Source of the DNA: Candidatus Omnitrophota bacterium
Lineage (GTDB): Bacteria; Omnitrophota; Gorgyraeia; Gygaellales; Profunditerraquicolaceae
Direction: 5' to 3'
Length of the DNA stretch: 64,000 nucleotides
Assembly (NCBI GenBank): GCA_963805065.1
Contig: CAWDSS010000010.1
Coordinates: 407,059 to 471,058 of the forward strand
Made by a program: the position numbers and the translations under genes. This document shows, piece after piece, positions 32,743 to 41,513 of this stretch. Below the pieces are notes generated by a model. The model ran no database searches and was not told the DNA's origin. It was given only the letters and a program-made list of their open reading frames with translations. Positions within the stretch are counted from its first letter, which is position 1, and each line of letters opens with the position of its first letter.

Positions 32743-34026
32743 CTATTCTTTTGCTAATTTAACAAGGAGGGGCAAGATATCCCGGCCGAGCAATTCTCCT
32801 AATGAGCCAAGTTTCGCTGCCTTTTCGGAGAAACTCATGGTGCCGTCAGGCTTGATATTATCGCCTGAAACCAAAAGCGGGACAGGGTCTGCTGAATGGG
32901 CTTTAATCGCGCATACCGTGGAATGGTCTGCGGTTACAGCAACAACTGTATTTTTGATATCCAGCTTAGAAAGTAAGCTGGTAAAAAAGTATTTGTCTAT
33001 CGCTTCAACAATCTCTTTTTTCTTATTGAAATCTCCGTCGTGCGCCGGTTCATCCGGGCCTTTAATGTGCACGTAAATCCCGTCAAATTTTTGTATAGAA
33101 TCCAAAGCTACCTTTGCCCAGACAGGATAATCCACGTCCAAATGCCCGGTTGAATCAGGTACATCGATTATTTCCATGCCTGTAAGAAGCGCAATACCTT
33201 TTTCTACCGGCATCTGCACAAATGAGCCGAATTTCAGGTTATACACAGTTTGTATATCGGGAAATTTTGGCAAATGATCCCCCGCATCGCGCGATAAAAT
33301 CACGTTACCCGGCATTTTATTCTCGGACACCCTTTTTTTATTTACCAAAGATTCATTCAGGACTTTATTGGACTTCTCTGTAAATTCATTTAGCAGTCGC
33401 GCTGCTTCTATTGCCTCTTTTGAATCTTCATATCCGGGCATGGGAACTGATTCTGCCACAAAATTCTTAAAACTCTCTTTTGCTACGCCAAAAACTCCTT
33501 TTCTGTCATAGGCAGGGTCTGTATTTGTAATCCAGCCGGATAATTTATTGTGCATGCCTCTTATGACTAAAACTCCGCGATGGCCGATTGTATTTTTGAA
33601 TTCGAAGGTCGCGCTGCTAAGCGTGACTTTCGAATTTATTTCCTTTGCTAAGCTGGTTGCTTCCTCGGTAGTCAAATTCCTTCCCACCCGGCGGTCTTTA
33701 ATGGTCTTGGCGTCATCTGCTACCGTAGCAAAATTAACGCGGAAAGCTACGTCCCCGTCATTTACCGCGATACCCTCTGCAAAAGATTCTAAGGGGCCCC
33801 TTCCTGTATAATATTTATGCGCGTCGTAGCCAAGCAGGCTAATCACGGCAATATCCGATTCAGGCGCAATACCCTTAGCCACTGGATAAACTAAACCGGT
33901 CTTACCCTGCTGAGCCAGGCGGTCCATGTTCGGCGTGAGTGCCGCTTCAAGAGGCGTCTTGTTATTTAATTCCTTAATGGGCAAATCTCCCAAGCCGTCT
34001 AATACTACATAAATAATTTTTTTCAT
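32743..34026 (-). CDS. apgM: cofactor-independent phosphoglycerate mutase, archaeal-type (ApgM family)
   Basis: 427 aa; IIYVVLDGLGDLP...; alkaline-phosphatase-superfamily metal-site pattern. Confidence 0.7.
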   Translation of the reverse strand: MKKIIYVVLDGLGDLPIKELNNKTPLEAALTPNMDRLAQQGKTGLVYPVAKGIAPESDIAVISLLGYDAHKYYTGRGPLESFAEGIAVNDGDVAFRVNFATVADDAKTIKDRRVGRNLTTEEATSLAKEINSKVTLSSATFEFKNTIGHRGVLVIRGMHNKLSGWITNTDPAYDRKGVFGVAKESFKNFVAESVPMPGYEDSKEAIEAARLLNEFTEKSNKVLNESLVNKKRVSENKMPGNVILSRDAGDHLPKFPDIQTVYNLKFGSFVQMPVEKGIALLTGMEIIDVPDSTGHLDVDYPVWAKVALDSIQKFDGIYVHIKGPDEPAHDGDFNKKKEIVEAIDKYFFTSLLSKLDIKNTVVAVTADHSTVCAIKAHSADPVPLLVSGDNIKPDGTMSFSEKAAKLGSLGELLGRDILPLLVKLAKE

Positions 34027-34038
34027 CTGTTAATTATT

Positions 34039-37000
34039 TTAGCATTTAGAGAAACCACAGGCATGGCATTTAACGCAGCCTTCTTCGTGGCGTAGCGCAC
34101 CCCCGCAATCCGGGCATACCCCTACGATGTCTCCTCTATCTTCCAAATCAGTAGTGATGATTTCATCTTCGTGCGAATGCTTCATAGAAATACTTGCCGC
34201 CGCTTCTACTGAAGCCTTCAAGAGCTGGCTATTGACCAGCCTTCTCTCAACTACGCGCGCGATAGCATCTGCGCAGGAGAAAATCCTTTGTCCTTTTTCC
34301 CATGAAGGGCTGGGGCAGCGGATATTACGCAATTGCTCAATTATCGACTTTACTTCTATGCCTGAACGAAAACCTAAAGATACTAATCTACCGATTGCTT
34401 CCAGCTGCGATGCTGCGCAACCGCCGGCCTTACCCATCTGCGTAAACAGTTCAAAAGGCCTGCCTTCCTCGTCGACGTTTATAGTAACATAGAGATTGCC
34501 GCATCCGGTTGAGACCTTGGTTGTGGTACCGATAATTACCTCAGGCCTTGGCCGCGGAGCAATTTCTTTTTTGAATTCCATGCCTATCGGTTCCTGCTTT
34601 TGTTTGGCAGTACCGACATTAAGCACCTGCTCTTCACGGCTCTTATCACGGTATATAGTAATACCTTTACAACCGGTTTCATAAGCCAACAGATATGCTT
34701 TTCTTACATCTTCCAATGTTGCATCATGAGGGAAGTTTATGGTCTTGGAGGTAGCATTGTGCACGTATTTCTGGAAAGCTGCCTGCATGCGCACATGCCA
34801 TTCAGGGGAAATGTCATGGGCTGTTACAAATATCCTTTTTACGTCATCAGGTATGCCTTCGATGTTCTGGATAGAGGCGTTTTCCGCAATTTTTTCCATT
34901 AATTCGCGGCTGTAAAATCCTCTTTCCTTGGCAATCTCCTCAAACAAAGGCTCTACTTCTACTAGCTTATCGTTATCCATGACATTACGATAATACGATA
35001 CCGCAAATATTGGCTCTATCCCCGAAGAACTCGGGCCGGCAATGATACTTATGGTGCCGGTAGGCGCTATTGTAGTAAGGGTGGCGTTACGCATTTTCAT
35101 AGGATGATCTTTTTTATCGTAAATACTTCCCTTAAAAGCAGGGAACACCCCTTTTTCTTTTCCCAGTTCCAGTGATTTTGCGGTTGATTCCTCCAATATA
35201 AAAGACATTACTTTTTCCGCAAGCGCCACAGCCTCATCGCTATTATAAGGTATCTTAAGGATAATTAACAGGCTTGACCAACCCATAACACCTAACCCGA
35301 TTTTACGCGTCACCTTGGTGGCTTTTTCTATTTGGGGAAGGGGGAATTTGTTTACGTCAATAAGGTTATCCAGAAAATGCACTGCCAGGCGGGTAACTTG
35401 TTTTAATTTATCCCAATCGATTTCTATGCGTCCGCCCACGTTTTTATGCATTACCGCCAGGTTTATTGAACCCAGGTCGCAGCTTTCATAAGGCAAAAGC
35501 GGCTGCTCTCCGCAGTCGAGAGAAATAAAACCATTGCTAATAAAAGTCAATGTTGCTGGTTCAGTAAGGTCGTATACTTCTTGTTCTCCTAAATACTCAA
35601 TCTTATCTATCGTATCTTCAAATTCAGACGAATAAAAATTATGTTTAGATAAAATTTTTAACTTCTTTTCATTTTTATTACAGAGAAAACCGATTTCTTC
35701 AATAAATTTCTTTATATTATCCCTGCTTATTTGAAGCTCATGGCATACCCCATCTAAAATATAATCCCGTCTTTCTCCTCCTGCGCTTGTATAAGCAAAA
35801 CCTCTTCTTTCTCGGCGGCTCCTGTCATATATCTTAGAATATATGCCTAAATTTATGAGGAGAAGTTGGACGCCTTTTAAAAGTTTAAGAGATTTTGCAG
35901 TCAGGCGTATATATGTCGTGTTGTTAGTCTCCTCTATACCGATTGTGCCATCAGCAGTAAATAGTCCCTGCAAAAACCCAATTACAGCTTCTTTTGGTGC
36001 TGTGCAAATTAAGTCCGGAACTTCTTTCTGTTCTGAATCCCATGCTTTAATCCCTAGGCTTTTAAAAAATTCTACAAAGTATTTACTGTGATATGATAGA
36101 TGATATACATTATTTTCTCTCAACACTTCTTTGATATCCTGTCCGTAAAAATTATTTATAATGGGTTTGATGTAATCTAAAATCTCTAAATCATCCTGGC
36201 TAAATGTGAAACCTGTCCGGCAGTTTTCATCTTGATCTCGCAACCAACCATCTCCTACCAATAAGCCTAAAACCTGCCCTAATTCTTTTGACCATCGGGA
36301 AGGAAAATTAAATTTGTAGCTCTTGCTATTTTCTCCAATATATTCATTCTTAATATTAAAAGGCAAACAGGTATTATCATTAAACTTTCCTGCTCCGGAT
36401 TGGATAAGCACTTTGTGGATGCGGGGTTTTAAATCTTGCACCCTGACCCAGCCTTCGGTAGTCATAACCTTATGGTCAGCGGTAGCTATTAACTCAAAAC
36501 CTGACTTAGCAATCGCTTTAAACACGGGTTTCACGCCGGTTTTAAAAACCCGGCTGATTCTATTTAAGGAAACTCCTAATTTTACTTCAGTGGCCACGCT
36601 GCCTTCTTCTTCAACGCTAAAGAGAGCATCTAATATTCTATCATCGGTAAATATGCCTATGCCTCCGCCACTATAGTCTCTGGTCAGATCCTTTATTTTC
36701 ACCAAGCCTTTTTCTGTTGAAACTAATGTATCTCCTACAACGCAAGGATTGGTACTTTCAATTTTTCCTAATCGCGGCGTAGGATTGTATTGATTAATCC
36801 TATCGATAAAGATAATGCCCGGCTCACCATTCTTATGCGCCTGCTTAACTATCAGGTCAAATACGGTTTTGGTATTAAGGCTCTGCACGACTTTGTGTGT
36901 ATGAGGATCGATCAAATCATAATCCTCTCCATTTTTAAGCTTATTCATGAAATCGTCGGTAATGGCAACCGAAATATTAAAATTGGTTATATGCTTGTTG

Positions 37001-37563
37001 TTTTCCTTGCAGGTGACGAATTCCATGATATCGGGATGATCTACCCTTAGTATCCCCATATTTGCCCCGCGGCGAGTACCACCCTGCTTAACCGCTTCGG
37101 TTGCCGCATCATAAACTTTCATAAAAGATATCGGCCCGGAGGCAATCCCTCCGGTAGTTTTTACCACCGCATTCTTGGGGCGAAGCCGCGAAAAAGAAAA
37201 TCCCGTGCCGCCGCCTGATTTATGTATGAGGCTGGTAACTTTCAGGGTTTCAAATATAGATTCCATGGAATCGTCAATTGGTAAGGTAAAACATGCGGAA
37301 AGCTGGCCTAAGTCTTTTCCTGCGTTCATAAGGCAAGGAGAATTAGGCATGAATTCTAAAGAAGTCATGATTTCTAAAAAATACTTTTCTAAGTTTGCCA
37401 CTTCTGTTTCGCTCTTTGCGTAAAGTTTATCCGCCAGCGCAATTGCCTGGGCGACCCTGCGAAACATTTCTTCCGGGGTTTCAATTACTTTGCCCTGTTC
37501 GTCTTTTTTAAGGTACCTTCTCTCTAGCACCTTAAGGGCATTTTCCGAGAGTTTCAGTTCCAT
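34039..37563 (-). CDS. nrdJ: class II (adenosylcobalamin-dependent) ribonucleotide reductase NrdJ, interrupted by an intein
   Basis: 1174-aa ORF; exteins total ~764 aa with active site IESTNP|CGEQPLLPYESC and a C-terminal Cys-rich zinc ribbon CPDCGG...CVKCHACGFSKC. Confidence 0.9.
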   Translation of the reverse strand: MELKLSENALKVLERRYLKKDEQGKVIETPEEMFRRVAQAIALADKLYAKSETEVANLEKYFLEIMTSLEFMPNSPCLMNAGKDLGQLSACFTLPIDDSMESIFETLKVTSLIHKSGGGTGFSFSRLRPKNAVVKTTGGIASGPISFMKVYDAATEAVKQGGTRRGANMGILRVDHPDIMEFVTCKENNKHITNFNISVAITDDFMNKLKNGEDYDLIDPHTHKVVQSLNTKTVFDLIVKQAHKNGEPGIIFIDRINQYNPTPRLGKIESTNPCVVGDTLVSTEKGLVKIKDLTRDYSGGGIGIFTDDRILDALFSVEEEGSVATEVKLGVSLNRISRVFKTGVKPVFKAIAKSGFELIATADHKVMTTEGWVRVQDLKPRIHKVLIQSGAGKFNDNTCLPFNIKNEYIGENSKSYKFNFPSRWSKELGQVLGLLVGDGWLRDQDENCRTGFTFSQDDLEILDYIKPIINNFYGQDIKEVLRENNVYHLSYHSKYFVEFFKSLGIKAWDSEQKEVPDLICTAPKEAVIGFLQGLFTADGTIGIEETNNTTYIRLTAKSLKLLKGVQLLLINLGIYSKIYDRSRRERRGFAYTSAGGERRDYILDGVCHELQISRDNIKKFIEEIGFLCNKNEKKLKILSKHNFYSSEFEDTIDKIEYLGEQEVYDLTEPATLTFISNGFISLDCGEQPLLPYESCDLGSINLAVMHKNVGGRIEIDWDKLKQVTRLAVHFLDNLIDVNKFPLPQIEKATKVTRKIGLGVMGWSSLLIILKIPYNSDEAVALAEKVMSFILEESTAKSLELGKEKGVFPAFKGSIYDKKDHPMKMRNATLTTIAPTGTISIIAGPSSSGIEPIFAVSYYRNVMDNDKLVEVEPLFEEIAKERGFYSRELMEKIAENASIQNIEGIPDDVKRIFVTAHDISPEWHVRMQAAFQKYVHNATSKTINFPHDATLEDVRKAYLLAYETGCKGITIYRDKSREEQVLNVGTAKQKQEPIGMEFKKEIAPRPRPEVIIGTTTKVSTGCGNLYVTINVDEEGRPFELFTQMGKAGGCAASQLEAIGRLVSLGFRSGIEVKSIIEQLRNIRCPSPSWEKGQRIFSCADAIARVVERRLVNSQLLKASVEAAASISMKHSHEDEIITTDLEDRGDIVGVCPDCGGALRHEEGCVKCHACGFSKC
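35515..36744 (-). mobile_element. intein (410 aa) with a LAGLIDADG homing-endonuclease domain, inserted immediately before the catalytic Cys of NrdJ
   Basis: Starts CVVGDTLV (Cys codon at 36742-36744); block B TADHKV; dodecapeptide motifs LGLLVGDGWL and FLQGLFTADGTIG; block F VYDLTEPATLTFISNGF; ends ...ISLD followed by extein Cys (Asp codon 35515-17, Cys 35512-14). Confidence 0.85.
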
Positions 37564-37586
37564 TGTTCCTCCATATTAAAAATAAT

Positions 37587-37640
37587 GGGGACGTTTCTAT
37601 TTTCCTCTGAACTGGAGACGTTAAAAATAGAAACGTCCCC
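37587..37640. repeat. palindromic intergenic repeat, copy B
   Basis: GGGGACGTTTCTATTTT-cctctgaactggagacgtt-AAAAATAGAAACGTCCCC, between the nrdJ start and the end of the LacI-family gene. Confidence 0.85.
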
Positions 37641-37767
37641 ATTCTTTTACAGTAAAGTTTATAATAGCATATTTTCTAACGGGGTCAAGATAAAAATACA
37701 ACATATTGTAGGCTTAGGTTTTTGATATACAATAAATTGTGCTAGAGCAACCTTTCCGACGGGCTAA

Positions 37768-38787
37768 TTAAAGCGGTTTACAGGAATCCCTTAACACCAT
37801 TTCGGCGGGCAGAAGAATCTTATTAATTTTAATTTCTTTCTTAGAGCTCATAAGACGGTTTAATTCTTTTACGCTTTCTTCTGCCATTTTAATTAGCGGC
37901 TGCCTTACGGTTGTTAATGCCACCGGCGCATCAAGGCCGGAAGGGTTATCATCAAAACCGATGATGGATAAATCACCGGGGATATTCTTTCCTAACTCGC
38001 GTGCCACAGCCATCGCTTCCAGGGCCATGGAATCAGAAGCCACAAATACGGCACTCGCCGGGTCGCTCATTTTAAACAAGCCCTCTGCAGCCTGCCTTGC
38101 CTGTCCGCGCGAATAATCAGTCTTAAATATGTAATCTTCGCGTAACGCAATGTTATTTTTCTTCAGCGCCCGCTTATATCCTTCCAGCCTCATAGCTGCT
38201 GCCTGGGTAACTAAGTCTCCGGATATATGCGCGATTTTTTTATGGCCGAGGCTGACCAAATAACTCACTGCCTCAAAAGCCGCAGCCGCATTATCTACGG
38301 CAATGCAGCTCACATTCAAATCTTCCACATAATTATTTATTACTACACAAGGGATGTTTTGAGATACTGCGTCTTCCAATTGGTGGCGGTTGCCGATGAT
38401 GTCTGCGAAGATTATGCCTCCCACTCCTTTTAAATTAAGCGCTGTCCTTGCGTCTGTAAGGTGTAACAGTAAATCCAGCTTTAATGCCGAGCAAAGTGTA
38501 CCGATGCCGCGGATTAATTCCAAAGCATAGAATGAGTAAAATACTCCTTCGTAGCGCGGGATAACCAGGGCAATCACATTGCTTTTACCCGTCGCTAACC
38601 TTTGAGCAAAAACCGAAGGCTGGAATTTCAGCTGTTTTATGGCATCCGAGACCCTAATGCGGTTTTTTTCCTTGACAGTGGAGAATTTGTTTATTACGCG
38701 GGAAACCGTAGTAATGGAAACGCCGGCAAGGCGCGCAACATCTTCGATGGAAATAGTTTTGGAGGGACCTTTTTTAATACGGACCAT
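37768..38787 (-). CDS. LacI-family transcriptional regulator
   Basis: 339 aa; N-terminal HTH ISIEDVARLAGVSITTVSRVIN; periplasmic-binding-protein-like effector domain. Confidence 0.8.
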   Translation of the reverse strand: MVRIKKGPSKTISIEDVARLAGVSITTVSRVINKFSTVKEKNRIRVSDAIKQLKFQPSVFAQRLATGKSNVIALVIPRYEGVFYSFYALELIRGIGTLCSALKLDLLLHLTDARTALNLKGVGGIIFADIIGNRHQLEDAVSQNIPCVVINNYVEDLNVSCIAVDNAAAAFEAVSYLVSLGHKKIAHISGDLVTQAAAMRLEGYKRALKKNNIALREDYIFKTDYSRGQARQAAEGLFKMSDPASAVFVASDSMALEAMAVARELGKNIPGDLSIIGFDDNPSGLDAPVALTTVRQPLIKMAEESVKELNRLMSSKKEIKINKILLPAEMVLRDSCKPL

Positions 38788-38805
38788 TATAAAGCCATAT
38801 GCAAT

Positions 38806-39969
38806 CTATTTTAATACGCTATCGCCGATCTGTATGGGTGAAATTTCTTTCTTAATATCGCAGGCAGAGATATTTTTACGGGTCTGTATTACTTCTATGT
38901 CAGCGACGTATTGCCCATTCCTGGTTACCCGGAACCTGTTTCCCAATTTTACGCCTGCTTCTTCTCCGAAATCAATAATGACAAAATTATTCTCCCTATT
39001 CAACGCCGAGACCCTGCCTTCTAAAGGAGCGCTTTCCGGCTGTAAATTCTCTGCTTGAGGCCGCACAACAATGGGAGGAAGCTCTACGGATTCTCTTTTG
39101 GATAAGGGCAGGTCTTTTTTGGGCTTTTCTTCTGTGGCAATTTCCGTCACTTGTTTATTAAGATTCCCCAACTGGGAAAGTTTATCTGAAAGCATTACCT
39201 GCATCTCGCCGAACTTTCGCTCCAGGTTAGCCTTTTCTTCCTGAAGCGCCTGTAATTTATTTTCCAGCGTGACCTTACGGTTGCTTAAGCTTCTGACCTG
39301 CTGAAGAAGCATTCCATTTTCACTGCGTAATGATCCGAATGTTTCCTGCATTTTATTTTTGTCATTTTTCTCCCTGACCAAATCCTGGGATAAGCCATCC
39401 ACCATTTTCTGGCTGTAATCAAACTGGCGCTTTAAATCTTCTTTTTCGCGTTTCAAATTATTTAATTCCAGCTCCAGGGTGGTCTTTTCACGCTGCAGCT
39501 TTTCATCGTTAATCTGGGCTGATTTCAGGTCGTTACGCAATGTATCCAATTGAAGCTCTAAATCTGTTTTGGATTTTAAAACATCTGCCCAGTAAGCGTC
39601 TGTGGGAGGAGGCGGCGGGGCTACTTCGGGTTCTTTTTTTGTTGCTAACTGATCCTGAAGGAATTTTATTTTATCCGTTAGGTCATCTTTTGCTTTATTC
39701 GCTAATTCATACTTTTTCTCTAAATCCAGCTTTTCTTTGGAAATCCTGCTTAAATCCTTATTCAGCGAATCTATTTTTTGTTCGTAATCGCGTAGCCCGC
39801 CCTGAAGCTGCTGGGCTTGTTTATTAAGGGTTTCGTTTTTCTGCGCTAATTCTTGCGCATCGCGGATTACAGCCTGCTTTGAGCTGGAAGCCTGCAGAAA
39901 AAGAAAAATAAATACGACTGATATTGCGATGAGGCCCACCAGGATTAATTTTATCTTTTTCTCCATCAA
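38806..39969 (-). CDS. membrane-anchored long coiled-coil protein with a small C-terminal beta domain (function unknown)
   Basis: 387 aa; N-terminal TM LILVGLIAISVVFIFLFL; ~250 aa of heptad-rich Q/K/E/L sequence; a poly-Pro stretch. Confidence 0.35.
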   Translation of the reverse strand: MMEKKIKLILVGLIAISVVFIFLFLQASSSKQAVIRDAQELAQKNETLNKQAQQLQGGLRDYEQKIDSLNKDLSRISKEKLDLEKKYELANKAKDDLTDKIKFLQDQLATKKEPEVAPPPPPTDAYWADVLKSKTDLELQLDTLRNDLKSAQINDEKLQREKTTLELELNNLKREKEDLKRQFDYSQKMVDGLSQDLVREKNDKNKMQETFGSLRSENGMLLQQVRSLSNRKVTLENKLQALQEEKANLERKFGEMQVMLSDKLSQLGNLNKQVTEIATEEKPKKDLPLSKRESVELPPIVVRPQAENLQPESAPLEGRVSALNRENNFVIIDFGEEAGVKLGNRFRVTRNGQYVADIEVIQTRKNISACDIKKEISPIQIGDSVLK

Positions 39970-40003
39970 TCCTCCTTAAATCCTCCTTAAATGAACGCCT
40001 AAT

Positions 40004-41239
40004 TTACCACAATTGAGCAAACACCCTTTGCATAACCAGGCTTGATGCGCCCAGCGCTACCGCATTTTCCCTTAACTGGGAATAAACTATCTTTAAATTA
40101 TCCGTCGCTTCCCTAAAAGCCCATTCCTTAACCGTAGAATTAACCCTGGCCAAGAATTCTTCTCCGGCTTCTTCAAATCCTCCGCCCACAACTACAATTT
40201 CCGGATTAAGTAAATTTACTAGATAGGCGATCTTAACACCCAGCCTCTTTGCAGCTTTATCCAGGCAAGCCAAGGCAATCTCGTCTTTTGCGCGGCCTGC
40301 AATAAACACGCTTTTTAAATCCACGTTATCAATGTTGCTGGAGGTGAGTTTAAAAAACTTTGCTGCTTTTTCCTTATCACGCGCTAACAAGGCCTTGGCG
40401 TCTTCCAAAATCCCCAAATCAACTTCCCAGCGCTTGATGAAACAATTGTTGCCAAACTCGCAGTTAAACAAATCCTGCTCTTTGTAATTATAAATGGAAA
40501 CCTCTCCGGCATAACCTTGCGCGCCCCTGTAAATTTCTCCGTTAATCATTATGCCGCATCCCACTCCCGAAAACATGTAAATAATATTTTTGTAACCGTA
40601 TTCCAAATCCAGCCAATGCTCGCCAAAGCATGCGGAAGTAGCATCGTTTTCAATTAATGTCGGCAAATTAAATTCTTTTTCCATTAAGGCCTTAAGCGGT
40701 AAATCTACCGACGCATAAGTATAATAATGATCCATCTTCTGGGGCCAGTGCACAGAGCCCGTCTCTTTATTGATTAGCCCGGCTATGCCTATGCCTATGC
40801 CTCTGATATTGGGCGTGTATTCTTTTGAGCGCCTCAATATTTCGCGCACGATTTCCAGCAGGCATTCGGAAATTTCTTTTACCGATGCGCGGGGGCGCAC
40901 GATTTGTGTCTTAGTGACGATGTTTCCTTTTAAATCCACAAGCAAGCCCACCATGTTCATCAAATTCAATCCCACGCCAATTACAAATCCTGCCTGCGGA
41001 TTCAAATCCAAAAGCACCGGCCTTCTTCCGCCTTCGGAAACATCGAGCTCTTTTTCGTAGATAAGGTTTTTCTTTAAGAATTCATCAATATAATTGGAGA
41101 TTGTGACTACGTTGATGCCCATTTCCTTGGAAATATCCGGGCGACTGATGGGGCCACGTTTCCTTAGGATCTCTAAGATATCGATATTACGTCTTTCTTT
41201 TTCTGTAAGCTGTTCTTTTTGAAGATCCATAGTATTCAT
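40004..41239 (-). CDS. ROK-family transcriptional regulator (NagC/Mlc/XylR-like; HTH plus sugar-kinase-like domain)
   Basis: 411 aa; N-terminal winged helix; ROK region GVGLNLMNMVGLLVDLKGNIV...GIGIGIAGLINKETG. Confidence 0.75.
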   Translation of the reverse strand: MNTMDLQKEQLTEKERRNIDILEILRKRGPISRPDISKEMGINVVTISNYIDEFLKKNLIYEKELDVSEGGRRPVLLDLNPQAGFVIGVGLNLMNMVGLLVDLKGNIVTKTQIVRPRASVKEISECLLEIVREILRRSKEYTPNIRGIGIGIAGLINKETGSVHWPQKMDHYYTYASVDLPLKALMEKEFNLPTLIENDATSACFGEHWLDLEYGYKNIIYMFSGVGCGIMINGEIYRGAQGYAGEVSIYNYKEQDLFNCEFGNNCFIKRWEVDLGILEDAKALLARDKEKAAKFFKLTSSNIDNVDLKSVFIAGRAKDEIALACLDKAAKRLGVKIAYLVNLLNPEIVVVGGGFEEAGEEFLARVNSTVKEWAFREATDNLKIVYSQLRENAVALGASSLVMQRVFAQLW

Positions 41240-41274
41240 TGTCCGTCTTCATCTTTCTCCGTGGCTTTAATGAA

Positions 41275-41379
41275 CATATAACTTACGGAAGCACGAAGTG
41301 CAACGTAAGTTATATGCGCGAATTAGATCCTTGACACGAAATCGATGACACGCAGTTTTGAACCTTACGTGTCAAGGAT
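41275..41379. promoter_or_regulatory. two perfect 12-13-bp inverted repeats between the TPR gene and the ROK regulator, plus a 16-mer shared with the porin/pstS2 junction
   Basis: CATATAACTTACG(41275-87)/CGTAAGTTATATG(41304-16); ATCCTTGACACG(41327-38)/CGTGTCAAGGAT(41368-79); GAATTAGATCCTTGACA (41320-36) also occurs at 24577-24593. Confidence 0.4.
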
Positions 41380-41513
41380 AAATTCAACCTCAAACTTATG
41401 TTCGCTTGCGCTCCATAAGTTTTGGTTTCATTTATTTATACTACCAAATGTGGCGTAAGTCAAGTATTTTTAATAAGTAATGAAGGGTAGGGGATTAGGC
41501 GCTAATTTGAAGT

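Noticed and set aside
37564-37767. Possible B12 riboswitch upstream of the B12-dependent nrdJ
   Set aside because: No recognisable B12-box or conserved riboswitch core in the leader. The region is occupied by palindromic repeat copy B and AT-rich sequence.
40004-41239. ROK protein as a sugar kinase rather than a regulator
   Set aside because: A clear N-terminal winged-helix DNA-binding domain of ~80 aa precedes the ROK domain, as in NagC/Mlc/XylR-type repressors.
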